In this document: positions 20,036 to 30,174 of the stretch, one piece after another
Layout: every line of letters starts with the position of its first letter
How positions within the stretch are numbered: the stretch's first letter is position 1
DNA from: an uncultured Gemmatimonadales bacterium
GTDB lineage: Bacteria; Gemmatimonadota; Gemmatimonadetes; Gemmatimonadales; Gemmatimonadaceae
NCBI GenBank assembly: GCA_963701965.1
Contig: OY969695.1
Span: forward strand, 1-64,000
DNA: 64,000 bases
Direction of reading: 5' to 3'
Notes under the pieces: model-generated
What the model was told of the DNA's origin: nothing
What the model saw: only the letters and a program-made list of their open reading frames with translations
Database searches by the model: none
Position numbers and translations under genes: made by a program

Positions 20036-22100
20036 GGGCCGGCTCCTTCTTGGGATCGTTCGCTGCAAGCGAGAGCATCAGGTTGCCGTACCGGTCGACT
20101 CGTGCCGAAAAGCCGGGCAGGATGCAGGTCGTCGTGTCGTCCTGCACGACGATGGCCGGCCCCTGAAAGATCTGCTCCGCCTTGAGGTCGGCGCGCCGGT
20201 ACAGCGCAACTTCGCGCAGCGCGCCATCCATGTAGGCGCTGACGGTCCTGGCCCGCGCCGGCAGGGTGTCGTTCGGCTCCAGCAGGCGCAGCTGCGGCTT
20301 CGGTGTGGGTGCCGTGATGACGAGTCGCAGCGCAATGACCTGCAGCTCGGCGGCCGCATCGCTGTGGCCGTACAGGCGCGCGTGCTCGTGATGGAACGCC
20401 GCACACACCGCGCCGATGTCGCCCTGCGCCAGGGCCGCGGGGTCCAGCGGCGTGTCGATCTCGAACGACTGGCCGCGGTAGCGCATGTCGGCGGAGATGC
20501 GTATCGCCGCACGGTCGGCTCTGCCGATCTGTTCGGTCATCCAGCGCCGGGCCGCCTGTTCGAGCTCCGCGCGGTCGACGTCCAGCTGTCGCAGGGTCTC
20601 TGCGCTGAGGTCGTAGTAGGTGGTCTTGACGAAATCGTTCTTGGTGTCGGCGATCAATCCGCCAAGGGCGCTGAGCACGCCGGGCGTGGTCGGCACGACG
20701 ATCTGCTCCATGTTGAGCGCGCGCGCGACATAAGAGGCCAGCATCGGCCCCGCACCGCCGAACGGCATCAGCGTGAACGTGCGCGGGTCGATGCCGAAGC
20801 GAGAGACCAGCCGGCTCACGCCCGCATACATGCCCGAGATCGAAACGTTGATGATGGCCTCGGCCGTGCGGTAGACATCCATCTCCAGGCGCGCGGCGAT
20901 CTCGCCCACGGCGCGCACAGCCGCTTCCTTGTCCACCCGGACGGCGTTGTAGCCGAGCTCGGCCTGGCCCAGCACACCCATCACCGCGAACGCGTCGGTG
21001 ATGGTGGCGCGCGTACCGCCGCGGCCGTAGCAGGCCGGGCCCGGCGTCGAGCCTGCGCTTTCGGGCCCGACCTTCAGGACACCGAACTCGTCGACCCAGG
21101 CCACCGAGCCGCCGCCGTCACCGATCGAGGTGACCGAGACCGAGGGAATGTGGATCTGGAATTCGCCGATGTACTCACCGGTCGCGTATTGCGGCTGGCC
21201 GTCGATGATCAGTGCCACATCGGCGCTGGTGCCGCCGATGTCCAGGCTCATGCAGCGCGACAGCTCGCACTGCTGCGCGATGTAGGCCGCGCCGATCACA
21301 CCCGAGGCGGTGCCGGACAGGATCATCTGCACGCAGTTTGACTTGCCGACCTCGGCGCTCATGACGCCGCCGTTGGACTTGGTCACCTTGAGCTCGCACG
21401 GCACGCCCGCCTCGGCCAGCGCACCCTGCAGGCTGGTCAGGTAGTGGGCCACCTTGGGCTGCACGTAGCCGCCGATGACGGCGGTGATGCTCCGCTCGTA
21501 TTCACGGATGATCGGCCAGACCTGGTGCGAGCACGAGACGAAGAGATCGGGCCGCCGCTTGTTGATGATCTCCTTCACGCGCAGCTCGTGCGCCGGGTTG
21601 CGGTAGCAGTGCAGCAGGGAGACGATCACGCCTTCGCAGTCGGCCTTCTCGATCGCGGCCAGCGCGGCCAGCACGCTCTGTTCGTCCACCGGCGTATCGA
21701 CCTCGCCGTCGTAGTTCAGGCGTTCGCGTACGCCGAACACGCGGTCGCGCGGAATCAGCGGTACCGGGCGCGACGACATCAGGTGGTACATGTCGGGGAT
21801 CTTCAGGCGCGCCAGCTCCAGTACATCCTCGAAGTTCTCGGTGGTGATCAGCGCCAGCCGCAAGCCCTTGCGCTGGATGATGGCGTTCACTCCCACCGTG
21901 GTGCCGTGCGTGAAGTAGGCAACGTCGGTCGCATCGATGCCGTGGCGCTGCTTCAGCGTCCCCATGCCGGTGAGCACTTCGCTGCCGGGGCTGTCCGGCC
22001 GGGAGAACACCTTCAGCGACCGCAATGTGCCGGTGTCTTCATCCAGCACCGCGAAGTCGGCGAACGAGCCGCCGATGTCCACGCCGATTCTCAGTGCCAT
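20025..22100 (-). CDS. Hydantoinase A/oxoprolinase family protein (ATP-binding subunit)
   Basis: GVDIGGSFAD, HGTTVGVN, REYER, DIGGTSAD and GPESAGSTPGPACYGRGG. Confidence 0.92.
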   Translation of the reverse strand: MALRIGVDIGGSFADFAVLDEDTGTLRSLKVFSRPDSPGSEVLTGMGTLKQRHGIDATDVAYFTHGTTVGVNAIIQRKGLRLALITTENFEDVLELARLKIPDMYHLMSSRPVPLIPRDRVFGVRERLNYDGEVDTPVDEQSVLAALAAIEKADCEGVIVSLLHCYRNPAHELRVKEIINKRRPDLFVSCSHQVWPIIREYERSITAVIGGYVQPKVAHYLTSLQGALAEAGVPCELKVTKSNGGVMSAEVGKSNCVQMILSGTASGVIGAAYIAQQCELSRCMSLDIGGTSADVALIIDGQPQYATGEYIGEFQIHIPSVSVTSIGDGGGSVAWVDEFGVLKVGPESAGSTPGPACYGRGGTRATITDAFAVMGVLGQAELGYNAVRVDKEAAVRAVGEIAARLEMDVYRTAEAIINVSISGMYAGVSRLVSRFGIDPRTFTLMPFGGAGPMLASYVARALNMEQIVVPTTPGVLSALGGLIADTKNDFVKTTYYDLSAETLRQLDVDRAELEQAARRWMTEQIGRADRAAIRISADMRYRGQSFEIDTPLDPAALAQGDIGAVCAAFHHEHARLYGHSDAAAELQVIALRLVITAPTPKPQLRLLEPNDTLPARARTVSAYMDGALREVALYRRADLKAEQIFQGPAIVVQDDTTTCILPGFSARVDRYGNLMLSLAANDPKKEPAHGL

Positions 22101-22162
22101 GTCATTGATCCCTTGCGGTGTGCCCGGTCGACCGTCATCGCGCCGGTCCCTCCGTGCCGCAA

Positions 22163-22245
22163 GATCGGCCGATGTTGAACGCTCACGCTCTCGGCCGACA
22201 AGCGCTAATTCCTTGGGCTTCCATGCGCTTCCCTCATGCTGGCGG
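22163..22245 (-). promoter_or_regulatory. 83-bp duplicated promoter with LysR box, copy 1
   Basis: 78/83 identical to 30071-30153. ATG-N9-CAT dyad at 22223-22237, followed on the minus strand by TTGTCG-N18-CAACAT. Confidence 0.75.
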
Positions 22246-22614
22246 TGGGCCTCGGGCCGTCGCGATCTGCGCAGCAGTCGCGGTGATCTCGATGTCGATG
22301 CCCGCGCCCAGCACAGCCTGCACGCAGGCCCGGGCCGCGGGGTTGCCCGGGGCCACCCATTCATCCCACACCGCGTTCATTTCCGCTGCCTTCGACAGGT
22401 CGGACAGGAAGATCTGGGCACCCAGGATCGCTTCCTTGCTGCTACCCATTTCCGCCAGCGTCAGGTCCAGCAGCTTCAGCACCTCGGCGGTCTGCAGAGC
22501 CAGCGCCTGGCCACGGGTTTCACGCGGCGCGTGCCCGCCGACGAAGACGAAGCCGTTGAAGCTGGCGGCAGCGCACCAGCGTTTTGCAACGCCGAAGCGT
22601 TCGATCTTGCTCAT
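22234..22614 (-). CDS. RidA/Rid family protein (YoaB-like)
   Basis: MNAVWDEW..GNPAARACV..L...IEI, with the conserved Arg retained. Confidence 0.88.
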   Translation of the reverse strand: MSKIERFGVAKRWCAAASFNGFVFVGGHAPRETRGQALALQTAEVLKLLDLTLAEMGSSKEAILGAQIFLSDLSKAAEMNAVWDEWVAPGNPAARACVQAVLGAGIDIEITATAAQIATARGPPPA

Positions 22615-22657
22615 GCTGTAGGTTCCTGGTCTGAAAGCGAGCGCCTTCGGAGCGCGT

Positions 22658-23974
22658 TCATTGCGGCTTCAGCCGTGTCCCGTCGACGAGGCGGCTGTAT
22701 CGGAAAGGATGCGGATCCACACCCGGCGTGTGGCCTGCCACGAGGTCGGCGGCGAGCTCTCCGGCGCCGAGCCCGATGCCGAAGCCATGACCGCTGTACC
22801 CGGTCGAGAGAAAGAGTCCCGGCAGCGCGGGCACGGCCGAGATCACAGGAATCGCATCGGGCAGCGAATCGATCGAGGCACCCCACGACGAGGCGCCGCG
22901 CGCCGCCTGCATGCCGGGCATGCCGGCCCGGAACTCGGCCAGCGCCCGCGCCAGCAGCTCCGGATCGGGGGCCGGGTCGAGCACGCGGGTCGTTTCGAAC
23001 GGCGAGACCGTGTCGGCATTCCAATCCGGGGCGAACAGCTCATCGAAGAAGGCCTTGCCCAGGCGCACCTTCAAGCCCTTGCGCCGCACGCGGTACAGCG
23101 GCAGGAATTTCCATGCGTGGCGCAGCAGCGAGGGGGTGATGTGCACGGTGCCACGCCCGCTCATGGCCACGGTGTAGCCATCGTCGCTGCGGCGGCGCGC
23201 ACAGAAGGTGGGCGTGGCGACGGAAACGTCGAATACCGGTGCGCCCGGCTCGGTGCGAAGCACGGAACCGTGGACCAAGCCTTGCGGCAGGTCGACACCG
23301 TGCTTGCGCGCGAAGAGGGCAGTCCAAACGCCGCCTGCGCACAGCACGGCGTTCGACTTGATCAGGCCGCGCTCGGTGGCAACACCGCGCACGCGTCCGT
23401 CGTGCAGGCGGAGCACGCGCGCGGCGCATTGTTCGTAGATGCGCACGCCCAGCGCCTGGCAGGCCTTGGCCAATTCGGGCACCGCCTTGGCCGGCTCGGC
23501 GCGGCCGTCGACCGCCGAATACAGGCCACCGACCCAGCGCTTCGTGCCGGTGGGAAGGCGTTGCTTCACGTCGTCCTGCGTCAGCAGGTCGCATTCCACG
23601 CCGTGTGTCCTGGCCATGGTGCGCCAGCGGCTCCAGCTGTTGAGCTCAGTGGCGCTGTCGGTGACGAACAGCACGCCGCAGGCCTCGAAGCCGAAGTCCT
23701 TGCCGGCTTCCTGCGGCACCCGATGCCACAGCGCCATGCTGCGCGCCATCAGGTCCAGCTCGGCCTCATCGCGGCCGACCTGGCGCACCCAGCCCCAGTT
23801 GCGGCTCGATTGCTCGGCGCCGACCCAGCCCTTTTCCAGCACCACGACCGAGAGCCCCTTCCTGGCCAGGAAGTAAGCCGCGGAGATGCCGGCGATGCCG
23901 CCGCCGATGACGACCACGTCGGCGCTGTCGACGAACACCACATCGGGTCGAATACGTTCCAGGGGTTGCTGCAT
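22658..23974 (-). CDS. FAD-dependent D-amino acid oxidase-family oxidoreductase (AgaE-like)
   Basis: GGGIAG, EQSSRNWGWVR and GYSGHGFG. Confidence 0.85.
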   Translation of the reverse strand: MQQPLERIRPDVVFVDSADVVVIGGGIAGISAAYFLARKGLSVVVLEKGWVGAEQSSRNWGWVRQVGRDEAELDLMARSMALWHRVPQEAGKDFGFEACGVLFVTDSATELNSWSRWRTMARTHGVECDLLTQDDVKQRLPTGTKRWVGGLYSAVDGRAEPAKAVPELAKACQALGVRIYEQCAARVLRLHDGRVRGVATERGLIKSNAVLCAGGVWTALFARKHGVDLPQGLVHGSVLRTEPGAPVFDVSVATPTFCARRRSDDGYTVAMSGRGTVHITPSLLRHAWKFLPLYRVRRKGLKVRLGKAFFDELFAPDWNADTVSPFETTRVLDPAPDPELLARALAEFRAGMPGMQAARGASSWGASIDSLPDAIPVISAVPALPGLFLSTGYSGHGFGIGLGAGELAADLVAGHTPGVDPHPFRYSRLVDGTRLKPQ

Positions 23975-24005
23975 AGGTGGTGCTGGTGGTCGGCGTGCGT
24001 GGGCC

Positions 24006-25268
24006 TCAGAAGCGCGTGGCGCTGAAGGGCGAGAGATCGATAGAGGGCTGGCGGCCCGCTACCAGTTCGGCGACCAGCTGCCCGGTCATCGGCCCGCCGG
24101 TCATGCCCGTGTGGCCATGGCCGAACGCGAAGACCAGGCCCGGATGCTTGGCCGCACAGGCAATGACCGGCAGACTGTCGGGGAACGAAGGGCGGTGCCC
24201 CATCCACATGGCGTAGTGCTCGGTCTCGAGCTCGGGCAGCATGGCCTGCGTGCGCTCCACCATCACCCTGGCGCGTGCCTCGTTCATCGGCGCGTCGAGG
24301 CCGGCGAACTCGATCGATCCCGCGCAGCGGATGCCGTCGTCGAGCGGCGATGCGCTGGCCGGCCGGTTCGAGCACAACACCGGCATCGGCGGCGGCGCCA
24401 CGTTAGGCCGTGCAATGGTGATGTGGTAGCCACGCTCGGTTTCCAGCGGCAGGCGGTAGCCCAGCGGCCGCACCAACCGTTCGGACCAGGCGCCCGCGGC
24501 CACCACGACCTGGTCGAACACGTGGTTCGCGATGCCCGTCACCAGGCGAAAACCGGTGCCTTCGGGCAGGATCTTCAGCACGTTTTCCTGACGCAGCGCG
24601 CCGCCCTCTGCAGAGAACACTTCGACCAGCGTCTGCACCAGGCGCTGCGGGTTGACCGTGTGGCCGGCATGCGGGCGAAAGATGGCGTGACCGGCGCGCG
24701 GCGTGAGCGCGGGGAACATGCGGCGCAGCTCGCGCACGTCGAGCGGCTCGGCCACGACGCGATGGCGTTGCCAGATGGCGTCCTTGATCGGCTCGTCGAC
24801 CGGCGCTTCATCGCCTTCCCAGTAGTAGATCTGGCCGGCGGTCCGGATCAGCGCCGCGAAATGCTCCGGCCCCAACAGTTCGCGGTAGATGTCGAAGGCA
24901 CGGCCATGCAGTGCGCGCAACGCGTCCGAGCCGGCCAGCACCCGGTCGAGCCGGCCGGCCCGGGCCCAGCGAAGCAGCCAGGGCAAAGCGGTCGGCAGGT
25001 AAGCGGGCCGGATCGCCAGCGGACCCAGAGGATCCAGCAGCCAGCCCGGCACCTTGCGCAGCATGCCGGGCACCGACATCGGCACGCAGAAGTCCGGGCT
25101 GATCATGCCGGCGTTGCCGAACGAGGCGCCGCTGCCCGGCGGCTGACCGTCGATCAACGTGACCCACTGACCGGCGCGCTGCAGGCTCAGCGCCGCGCAG
25201 GCGCCGACGATGCCGGCGCCGATGACCGCCACCGCGCGGCCCGTTGCCTGAGAGGTGGGCAGGCTCAC
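24006..25268 (-). CDS. FAD-dependent D-amino acid dehydrogenase (DadA-like)
   Basis: GAGIVG, GASFGNAG, ERGYH, WMGHRPSFPDSLPVI and GHGHTG. Confidence 0.87.
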   Translation of the reverse strand: MSLPTSQATGRAVAVIGAGIVGACAALSLQRAGQWVTLIDGQPPGSGASFGNAGMISPDFCVPMSVPGMLRKVPGWLLDPLGPLAIRPAYLPTALPWLLRWARAGRLDRVLAGSDALRALHGRAFDIYRELLGPEHFAALIRTAGQIYYWEGDEAPVDEPIKDAIWQRHRVVAEPLDVRELRRMFPALTPRAGHAIFRPHAGHTVNPQRLVQTLVEVFSAEGGALRQENVLKILPEGTGFRLVTGIANHVFDQVVVAAGAWSERLVRPLGYRLPLETERGYHITIARPNVAPPPMPVLCSNRPASASPLDDGIRCAGSIEFAGLDAPMNEARARVMVERTQAMLPELETEHYAMWMGHRPSFPDSLPVIACAAKHPGLVFAFGHGHTGMTGGPMTGQLVAELVAGRQPSIDLSPFSATRF

Positions 25269-26201
25269 TCAATAGCCCCGGGCACGGTCGACCAGGCCGA
25301 CCATGGGTTCGCCGCGCGCATGGCGTAGCAGGTTCTGCAGCACGCTGCGCACGGCAGTCTCGGGCTGCGTCATGCTCGCGATGTGCGGCGTGACGACGAC
25401 GCGCGCGTCGGCCCACAGCCAATGGCCATGCGGCAGCGGCTCCGGGTCGGTGACGTCGAGGATGGCGCCCGCCAGCTGGCCGTCATCCAAGGCTGCGCGC
25501 AAGTCGTCCAGTACCAGATGCTGGCCACGTGCCACGTTGATCAGCATCGCGCCGCGTGGCAAGCGGGCGAACACGCTGGCGTTCAGCATGCCCCGGGTCT
25601 GCTCGGTCAGGGGCAGCAGGAAAACCAGGGCCTCGCAGGAGGCCAGGAATCCTGACAGTTCGGCATCGCCGGCATGGCACAGCACACCGGGAATCTCGCG
25701 CCGGTTGCGGCTCCATCCGTGCATCTCGAATCCGAATCCCGCGAGCTTGCGCGCTACCGCCTCGCCGAGCATGCCCAGGCCCAGCACGCCGACCTTGCGG
25801 CTCGCCGCCGTCCGCACCAGGATCGGCTCCCAAGACGCCCTGCGCTGGCGGGCAGCGTAGGCGAACAGATCGCGGTGCCAGGCCAGTACCGACATCGTCA
25901 CGTACTCCACCATGCCATCGACGATGCCGGGCTCCACCATGCGGACGACTCGCACATGTTCGGGAATGCGGGAGAGATCGAACTGGTCCACGCCGGCGCC
26001 GGTGGAAAACAGCAGCTCGAGGTTCGGCAGCGCCGTCGCCATATCGGGCTCCAGGGTCCATGTCGCAAGGAAACGCACCTGGGCCGGATCGCCGATGTCC
26101 GGCCAGAGGCGAAACGCGATCTCGGGCGCCGATTCCGCGAAGTGGCGCGACCACTCGAACGCGCGCTGCGCATCAGTCTTCAGAACGAAGGTCGTGGGCA
26201 T
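25269..26201 (-). CDS. Glyoxylate/hydroxypyruvate reductase A-like 2-hydroxyacid dehydrogenase
   Basis: GAGVDQ, GLGMLG, INVARG, DVTDPEPLP and TPHIAS. Confidence 0.88.
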   Translation of the reverse strand: MPTTFVLKTDAQRAFEWSRHFAESAPEIAFRLWPDIGDPAQVRFLATWTLEPDMATALPNLELLFSTGAGVDQFDLSRIPEHVRVVRMVEPGIVDGMVEYVTMSVLAWHRDLFAYAARQRRASWEPILVRTAASRKVGVLGLGMLGEAVARKLAGFGFEMHGWSRNRREIPGVLCHAGDAELSGFLASCEALVFLLPLTEQTRGMLNASVFARLPRGAMLINVARGQHLVLDDLRAALDDGQLAGAILDVTDPEPLPHGHWLWADARVVVTPHIASMTQPETAVRSVLQNLLRHARGEPMVGLVDRARGY

Positions 26202-26217
26202 TCGCAGGCGAAGGCAC

Positions 26218-27018
26218 TCAACCGGCGAGGCGCCGGGAGACGGTCGCGTGGCGCCGGCGATTGATCCAGTCGAGCAGCATCAGCGCGGCACTGAGGGCGA
26301 TGATCAGCGTGCTCACCGCCGCGATCGTGGGTTCGATTTCCAGGAAGATGCTGTTGTAGATGCGGACCGGCAGCACCTCCTTCGTCCCCATCAGGAACAG
26401 CGAGATGATGAATTCGTCGAACGAGCCGAGAAACGCCACGAAGGCGGACGACACCAGCCCGGGCAGCGCCAGGGGAATGACGACGCGCCGAAAGACCTCG
26501 AGGCGGTTGCAGCCGAGGCTGAAGGCCGCGCGCTCCAGGTTCACGTCGATGCCGTGAAAGGTGGTCAGCAGGATCAGCAGCACCGAGGGCACGCAGACCG
26601 TCGCGTGGCAGACGGCTACCCACAGCACGTTGCCCACCAGATCCAGCCGCAGCGAGATGAAATACATGCCGACGGCAGCCACCACCGTCGGCGCGATCAT
26701 GGGCAACAGCAGGAATGACAGCGCGAGGTTCTTTGCCTTGAAGCGCCCACGCGACAAGCCGTAGGCCGCCATGCCCGCAGCCAGCACCGTGACCACGGTC
26801 GAGAGCAGGGCCACGACCGTGCTGAGCCAGGCAGCCCGCTTCCACGCCGCGTTGGTGAAGATCTTGGCGTACCACTGCAGCGAAAGCGAATCCGGCGGAA
26901 AGCGCATGTAGCCGTTGCCGCTGAACGAGATCACGATGACCACCACGATCGGCAACAGCAACGCCACGGCCAGCGCATTCACGATGATGGACAGGGTTTT
27001 CTGTCGGATGTCGTTCAC
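26218..27018 (-). CDS. PotC-like ABC permease
   Basis: SLQWY, LERAAFSLG and SFDE. GTG start overlaps the upstream stop. Confidence 0.88.
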   Translation of the reverse strand: MNDIRQKTLSIIVNALAVALLLPIVVVIVISFSGNGYMRFPPDSLSLQWYAKIFTNAAWKRAAWLSTVVALLSTVVTVLAAGMAAYGLSRGRFKAKNLALSFLLLPMIAPTVVAAVGMYFISLRLDLVGNVLWVAVCHATVCVPSVLLILLTTFHGIDVNLERAAFSLGCNRLEVFRRVVIPLALPGLVSSAFVAFLGSFDEFIISLFLMGTKEVLPVRIYNSIFLEIEPTIAAVSTLIIALSAALMLLDWINRRRHATVSRRLAG

Positions 27019-27869
27019 GCCTGTGCTCCGAGCAGGCGCCGCACATCGGTGACCCAGCAGTAGATGCCGTAGAGCAGCAGCGTGACCACTACCAGCACCA
27101 GCGACATGAAGGCGGCGCTCGACCAGTCCAGCGCTTGCTCGATGGTGCGTTGGATCAGTTGCGCGAACATCACGTCGCGCTGTCCACCGATCAGCGCCGG
27201 CGTCAGGTAGTAGCCGAGCGCGAAAATGAACACCATCAGCGAGCCGGAGACCACGCCGTGCATGCTGAGAGGCAGGAACACGCGAAAGAACACTTGCGGC
27301 TCGCTGGCGCCGAGGCTGCGTGCCGCGCGTAGCAGGTTGCCGTCCACCGACTTCATTGCCGCGTACAGCGTGAGCACCATGTAGGGCAGCAGCACATAGG
27401 CCATCGCCACGACCACGGCCGGCCGGGTATACAGCAGCTGCAGCGGCACGCTCAGCAGACCCAGCCGGTCGACCAGCACATCGTTGACCAGCCCATGCCG
27501 GCCTCCCATGACCATCAGGGCGAACGTGCGCACGATGGTGCCGGTGAGCGTGGGGGCGACAACGCAGAACATCACGAACATGAACCGCATGCCGCTCACG
27601 CGGGTGAGGTACAACGCGATCGGATAGGCCAGCAGCAGCACCAGCACCGTGACCTGCAGCGCGATGGTGTTGGTTGTCAGCAAGGCGGCTTCGACCGGGG
27701 CCGAGCCGAGCACGGCCTGACCCTGAGCTGCAACTTGCGCCAGATCGCGGCCACGGAACGCCTCGACAAAGAAGCGCGCGATCGGCAGCACGAAGAGCAG
27801 GCTGAGCAAGGCCAGAGCCGGCAGCACGAACAGCCCGATGTGACGATCGTTGCGGGCCAGCGTCATCAC
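27015..27869 (-). CDS. PotB-like ABC permease
   Basis: LAYPIA, LPYMVL, AARSLGA and TPALIGG. Confidence 0.88.
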   Translation of the reverse strand: MMTLARNDRHIGLFVLPALALLSLLFVLPIARFFVEAFRGRDLAQVAAQGQAVLGSAPVEAALLTTNTIALQVTVLVLLLAYPIALYLTRVSGMRFMFVMFCVVAPTLTGTIVRTFALMVMGGRHGLVNDVLVDRLGLLSVPLQLLYTRPAVVVAMAYVLLPYMVLTLYAAMKSVDGNLLRAARSLGASEPQVFFRVFLPLSMHGVVSGSLMVFIFALGYYLTPALIGGQRDVMFAQLIQRTIEQALDWSSAAFMSLVLVVVTLLLYGIYCWVTDVRRLLGAQA

Positions 27870-28993
27870 GCGCCGCCCAGGACCTGCGTGTCAGCGCAGG
27901 CCCAGCCCAGCGTGACCTCGGCGCCGGACTCCAGCTGCGGCACGGCTCCGATGTTCTGCAGGTCGACCGAGATCTCGCTGGCGCGCAGCGCATCGAAGGT
28001 GTAGCGAACGATGTTGCCGAGAAACGAAATTCGGCGCAGGCGAGCCGGAAGGCGGTTCAGCGATGCCGAGGGTTGCGCGGCGTAGCTCTGGGCGAGGATG
28101 GCGACCTTTTCGGGCCGGACGAAGATCGAGGCCGGCGCGCCCTGGGACAGCGGCACGCTGGCCGTGCCGCGCAGCAGCGTTCCATCTTCGAGACGCAGAC
28201 TGGTCAAGCCGTCGACCGAAGCATCGACGCTGCCCGCGATCAGGTTGGCCTGGCCCAGGAAACGGGCCACGAAGCTGTTGCAGGGCCGCTCGTAGATCTC
28301 GCGCGGTGCGGCGACCTGATCGATGCGGCCCTTGTTCATGATGGCCAGGCGGTCCGACATGTTCATCGCCTCCTCCTGGTCGTGGGTGACGTAGACCACG
28401 GTCATGCCCAGGCGCCGCTGGATCTCCTTGATCTCGGTCTGCATCTCGTAGCGCAGGTTCTTGTCCAGCGCGCCGAGCGGCTCGTCCATCAGCACGATCT
28501 TGGGATGGAAGACGATGGCGCGCGCCAGCGCCACGCGCTGCAGTTGCCCGCCCGACAGTTGCCTGGAGGAGCGCTGGCCAAATGCCCCGAGCCGAACCAG
28601 CTCGAGCGCCCAGGCCACGCGGCGCTTGATCTCGTCGAACGGCAGGCGCCGTACCTTGAGCGAAAACGCCACGTTCTCCCACACGTTGAGGTGGGGGAAG
28701 ATCGCGTAGTTCTGGAACACCATGCCGAAGCCGCGCTGCTGCGGCGACAGCTCGACCACGTTGCGCCCGCCCACCGCGATGCCGCCCGAGTCCGGCGCCT
28801 CGAAGCCCGCCAGCATCATCAAGGTGGTGGTCTTGCCTGATCCCGAGGGCCCGAGCAGCGAGAAGAACTCGCCCGGCGCTACCGTGGCACTGATGTTGTC
28901 GACGACGGCGGTGCCGTCGTAACGCTTGACCAACGCCTGGATCTCGATGCCGGGCGCGGTCAGGGCTTCATCCGGCCTCAGCGGATGATCCAC
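27866..28993 (-). CDS. PotA-like ABC ATP-binding protein with TOBE domain
   Basis: GPSGSGKTT, LSGGQLQR, DEPLGALD and VTHDQEEA. Start position uncertain. Confidence 0.9.
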   Translation of the reverse strand: MDHPLRPDEALTAPGIEIQALVKRYDGTAVVDNISATVAPGEFFSLLGPSGSGKTTTLMMLAGFEAPDSGGIAVGGRNVVELSPQQRGFGMVFQNYAIFPHLNVWENVAFSLKVRRLPFDEIKRRVAWALELVRLGAFGQRSSRQLSGGQLQRVALARAIVFHPKIVLMDEPLGALDKNLRYEMQTEIKEIQRRLGMTVVYVTHDQEEAMNMSDRLAIMNKGRIDQVAAPREIYERPCNSFVARFLGQANLIAGSVDASVDGLTSLRLEDGTLLRGTASVPLSQGAPASIFVRPEKVAILAQSYAAQPSASLNRLPARLRRISFLGNIVRYTFDALRASEISVDLQNIGAVPQLESGAEVTLGWACADTQVLGGA

Positions 28994-30051
28994 TTCGACC
29001 AGCGGTCCACCACCGTGCCGATGTTCTGCGCCCAGTAGTCAGCATCCATGATGAAGCCACGCGATACGCTCCAGGGCGTGTTGGTGGCGGGGTCGATCAG
29101 CCACTTGGGCATGGCGGACTGCGCCTTGTCGTTCGACGGCACGACGCCCATCTTCTGCACGATGCGCTTTTGCATGTCGGCGCTCGATGCGTAGTCGACG
29201 AACTTCTTGGCGCCCGCCATGTTCCTGGCACCTTTCAGGATGCCGTAGGACTGGATCTCGACGCGGCACTGGTTCCAGTTGGCGGCGAGTGGGGCACCCT
29301 TTTCCAGGGCGAGCGAAAGGCGTGAGCTCCAGATCGAAGTCAGGACCACTTCGCGGTCCGTCAGCATCTGCGTCGACATCGCGCCCGACTCCCAGAACTT
29401 CACGATATCCGGGCGAATGCGCGTCAGCGATTTGAAGGCGCGGTCCAGATCCAACGGATACAGCTTGTCCATCGCGACCCCGTCGGCCAGCAGTGCCATT
29501 TCGAGGTCGCCCGCATTGGCCTCCAAACCGCCCAGCGCGCGACGCCCGGGGAAGGCCTTGACGTCCCAGAACTCGGCCCAGGACCTGGGTGTCTTGGCGC
29601 CTGTAAACGCGTTCACGTCGTAGCCGATGACCGTCGCATAGGTCGAACTGGCCAGACTGAACTTGGTGCGCAGCGGTGCGGCGATGTCCTCGGGGTTGGT
29701 GTACTTGAATTCGCTGTAGGGAATCGGCTCCACGCCGTTGATCTGTTCCAGCCGCTTGATCGTGATCGGCGTGATGTCCACCACGTCGATCTCGGGCCGG
29801 CCCGAGTTGACCATGGCGACCAGCTTCGACGAATTGGCGGTCGCCGTCACGATTTCGAAGCCGGTGTCCTTCTTGAACGGCTCGTACAGCACCTCGCGCA
29901 ATACGTCGTCGCGTGCGCCGCCCGGCGTGCGCACGACCAGCGGCTCGGCAGCGGCCGCCGATTTCACGAAGAAGGTCGGCATTGCCAGTGCCGCGCCGGC
30001 GGCATGGACGAGACGGCGACGATCGAGGTCCGGGCCAGGGGTCGATTTCAT
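28978..30051 (-). CDS. PotD-like (polyamine/opine) substrate-binding protein with Tat signal
   Basis: RRRLV Tat motif, SWAEFWDVKAFPGRR and ALLADGV...YPLDLDRAF. Alternative GTG start at 30060. Confidence 0.88.
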   Translation of the reverse strand: MKSTPGPDLDRRRLVHAAGAALAMPTFFVKSAAAAEPLVVRTPGGARDDVLREVLYEPFKKDTGFEIVTATANSSKLVAMVNSGRPEIDVVDITPITIKRLEQINGVEPIPYSEFKYTNPEDIAAPLRTKFSLASSTYATVIGYDVNAFTGAKTPRSWAEFWDVKAFPGRRALGGLEANAGDLEMALLADGVAMDKLYPLDLDRAFKSLTRIRPDIVKFWESGAMSTQMLTDREVVLTSIWSSRLSLALEKGAPLAANWNQCRVEIQSYGILKGARNMAGAKKFVDYASSADMQKRIVQKMGVVPSNDKAQSAMPKWLIDPATNTPWSVSRGFIMDADYWAQNIGTVVDRWSKWIIR

Positions 30052-30070
30052 GGGCTTCACCCTGCAGTGG

Positions 30071-30153
30071 GATCGGCCGATGTTGAATGCTCACGTCCCC
30101 GGCCGACAAACGCTAATTCCTTGGGCTTCCATGCGCTTCCCTCATGCTGGCGG
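30071..30153 (-). promoter_or_regulatory. 83-bp duplicated promoter with LysR box, copy 2
   Basis: Near-identical to 22163-22245. ATG-N9-CAT at 30131-30145. Confidence 0.75.
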
Positions 30154-30174
30154 CAGGCCCTCATTTGCCTAGCC

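Noticed and set aside
22163..22245. Riboswitch
   Set aside because: I recognise no aptamer, and most of the element lies upstream of the predicted transcription start. The LysR promoter reading fits better.
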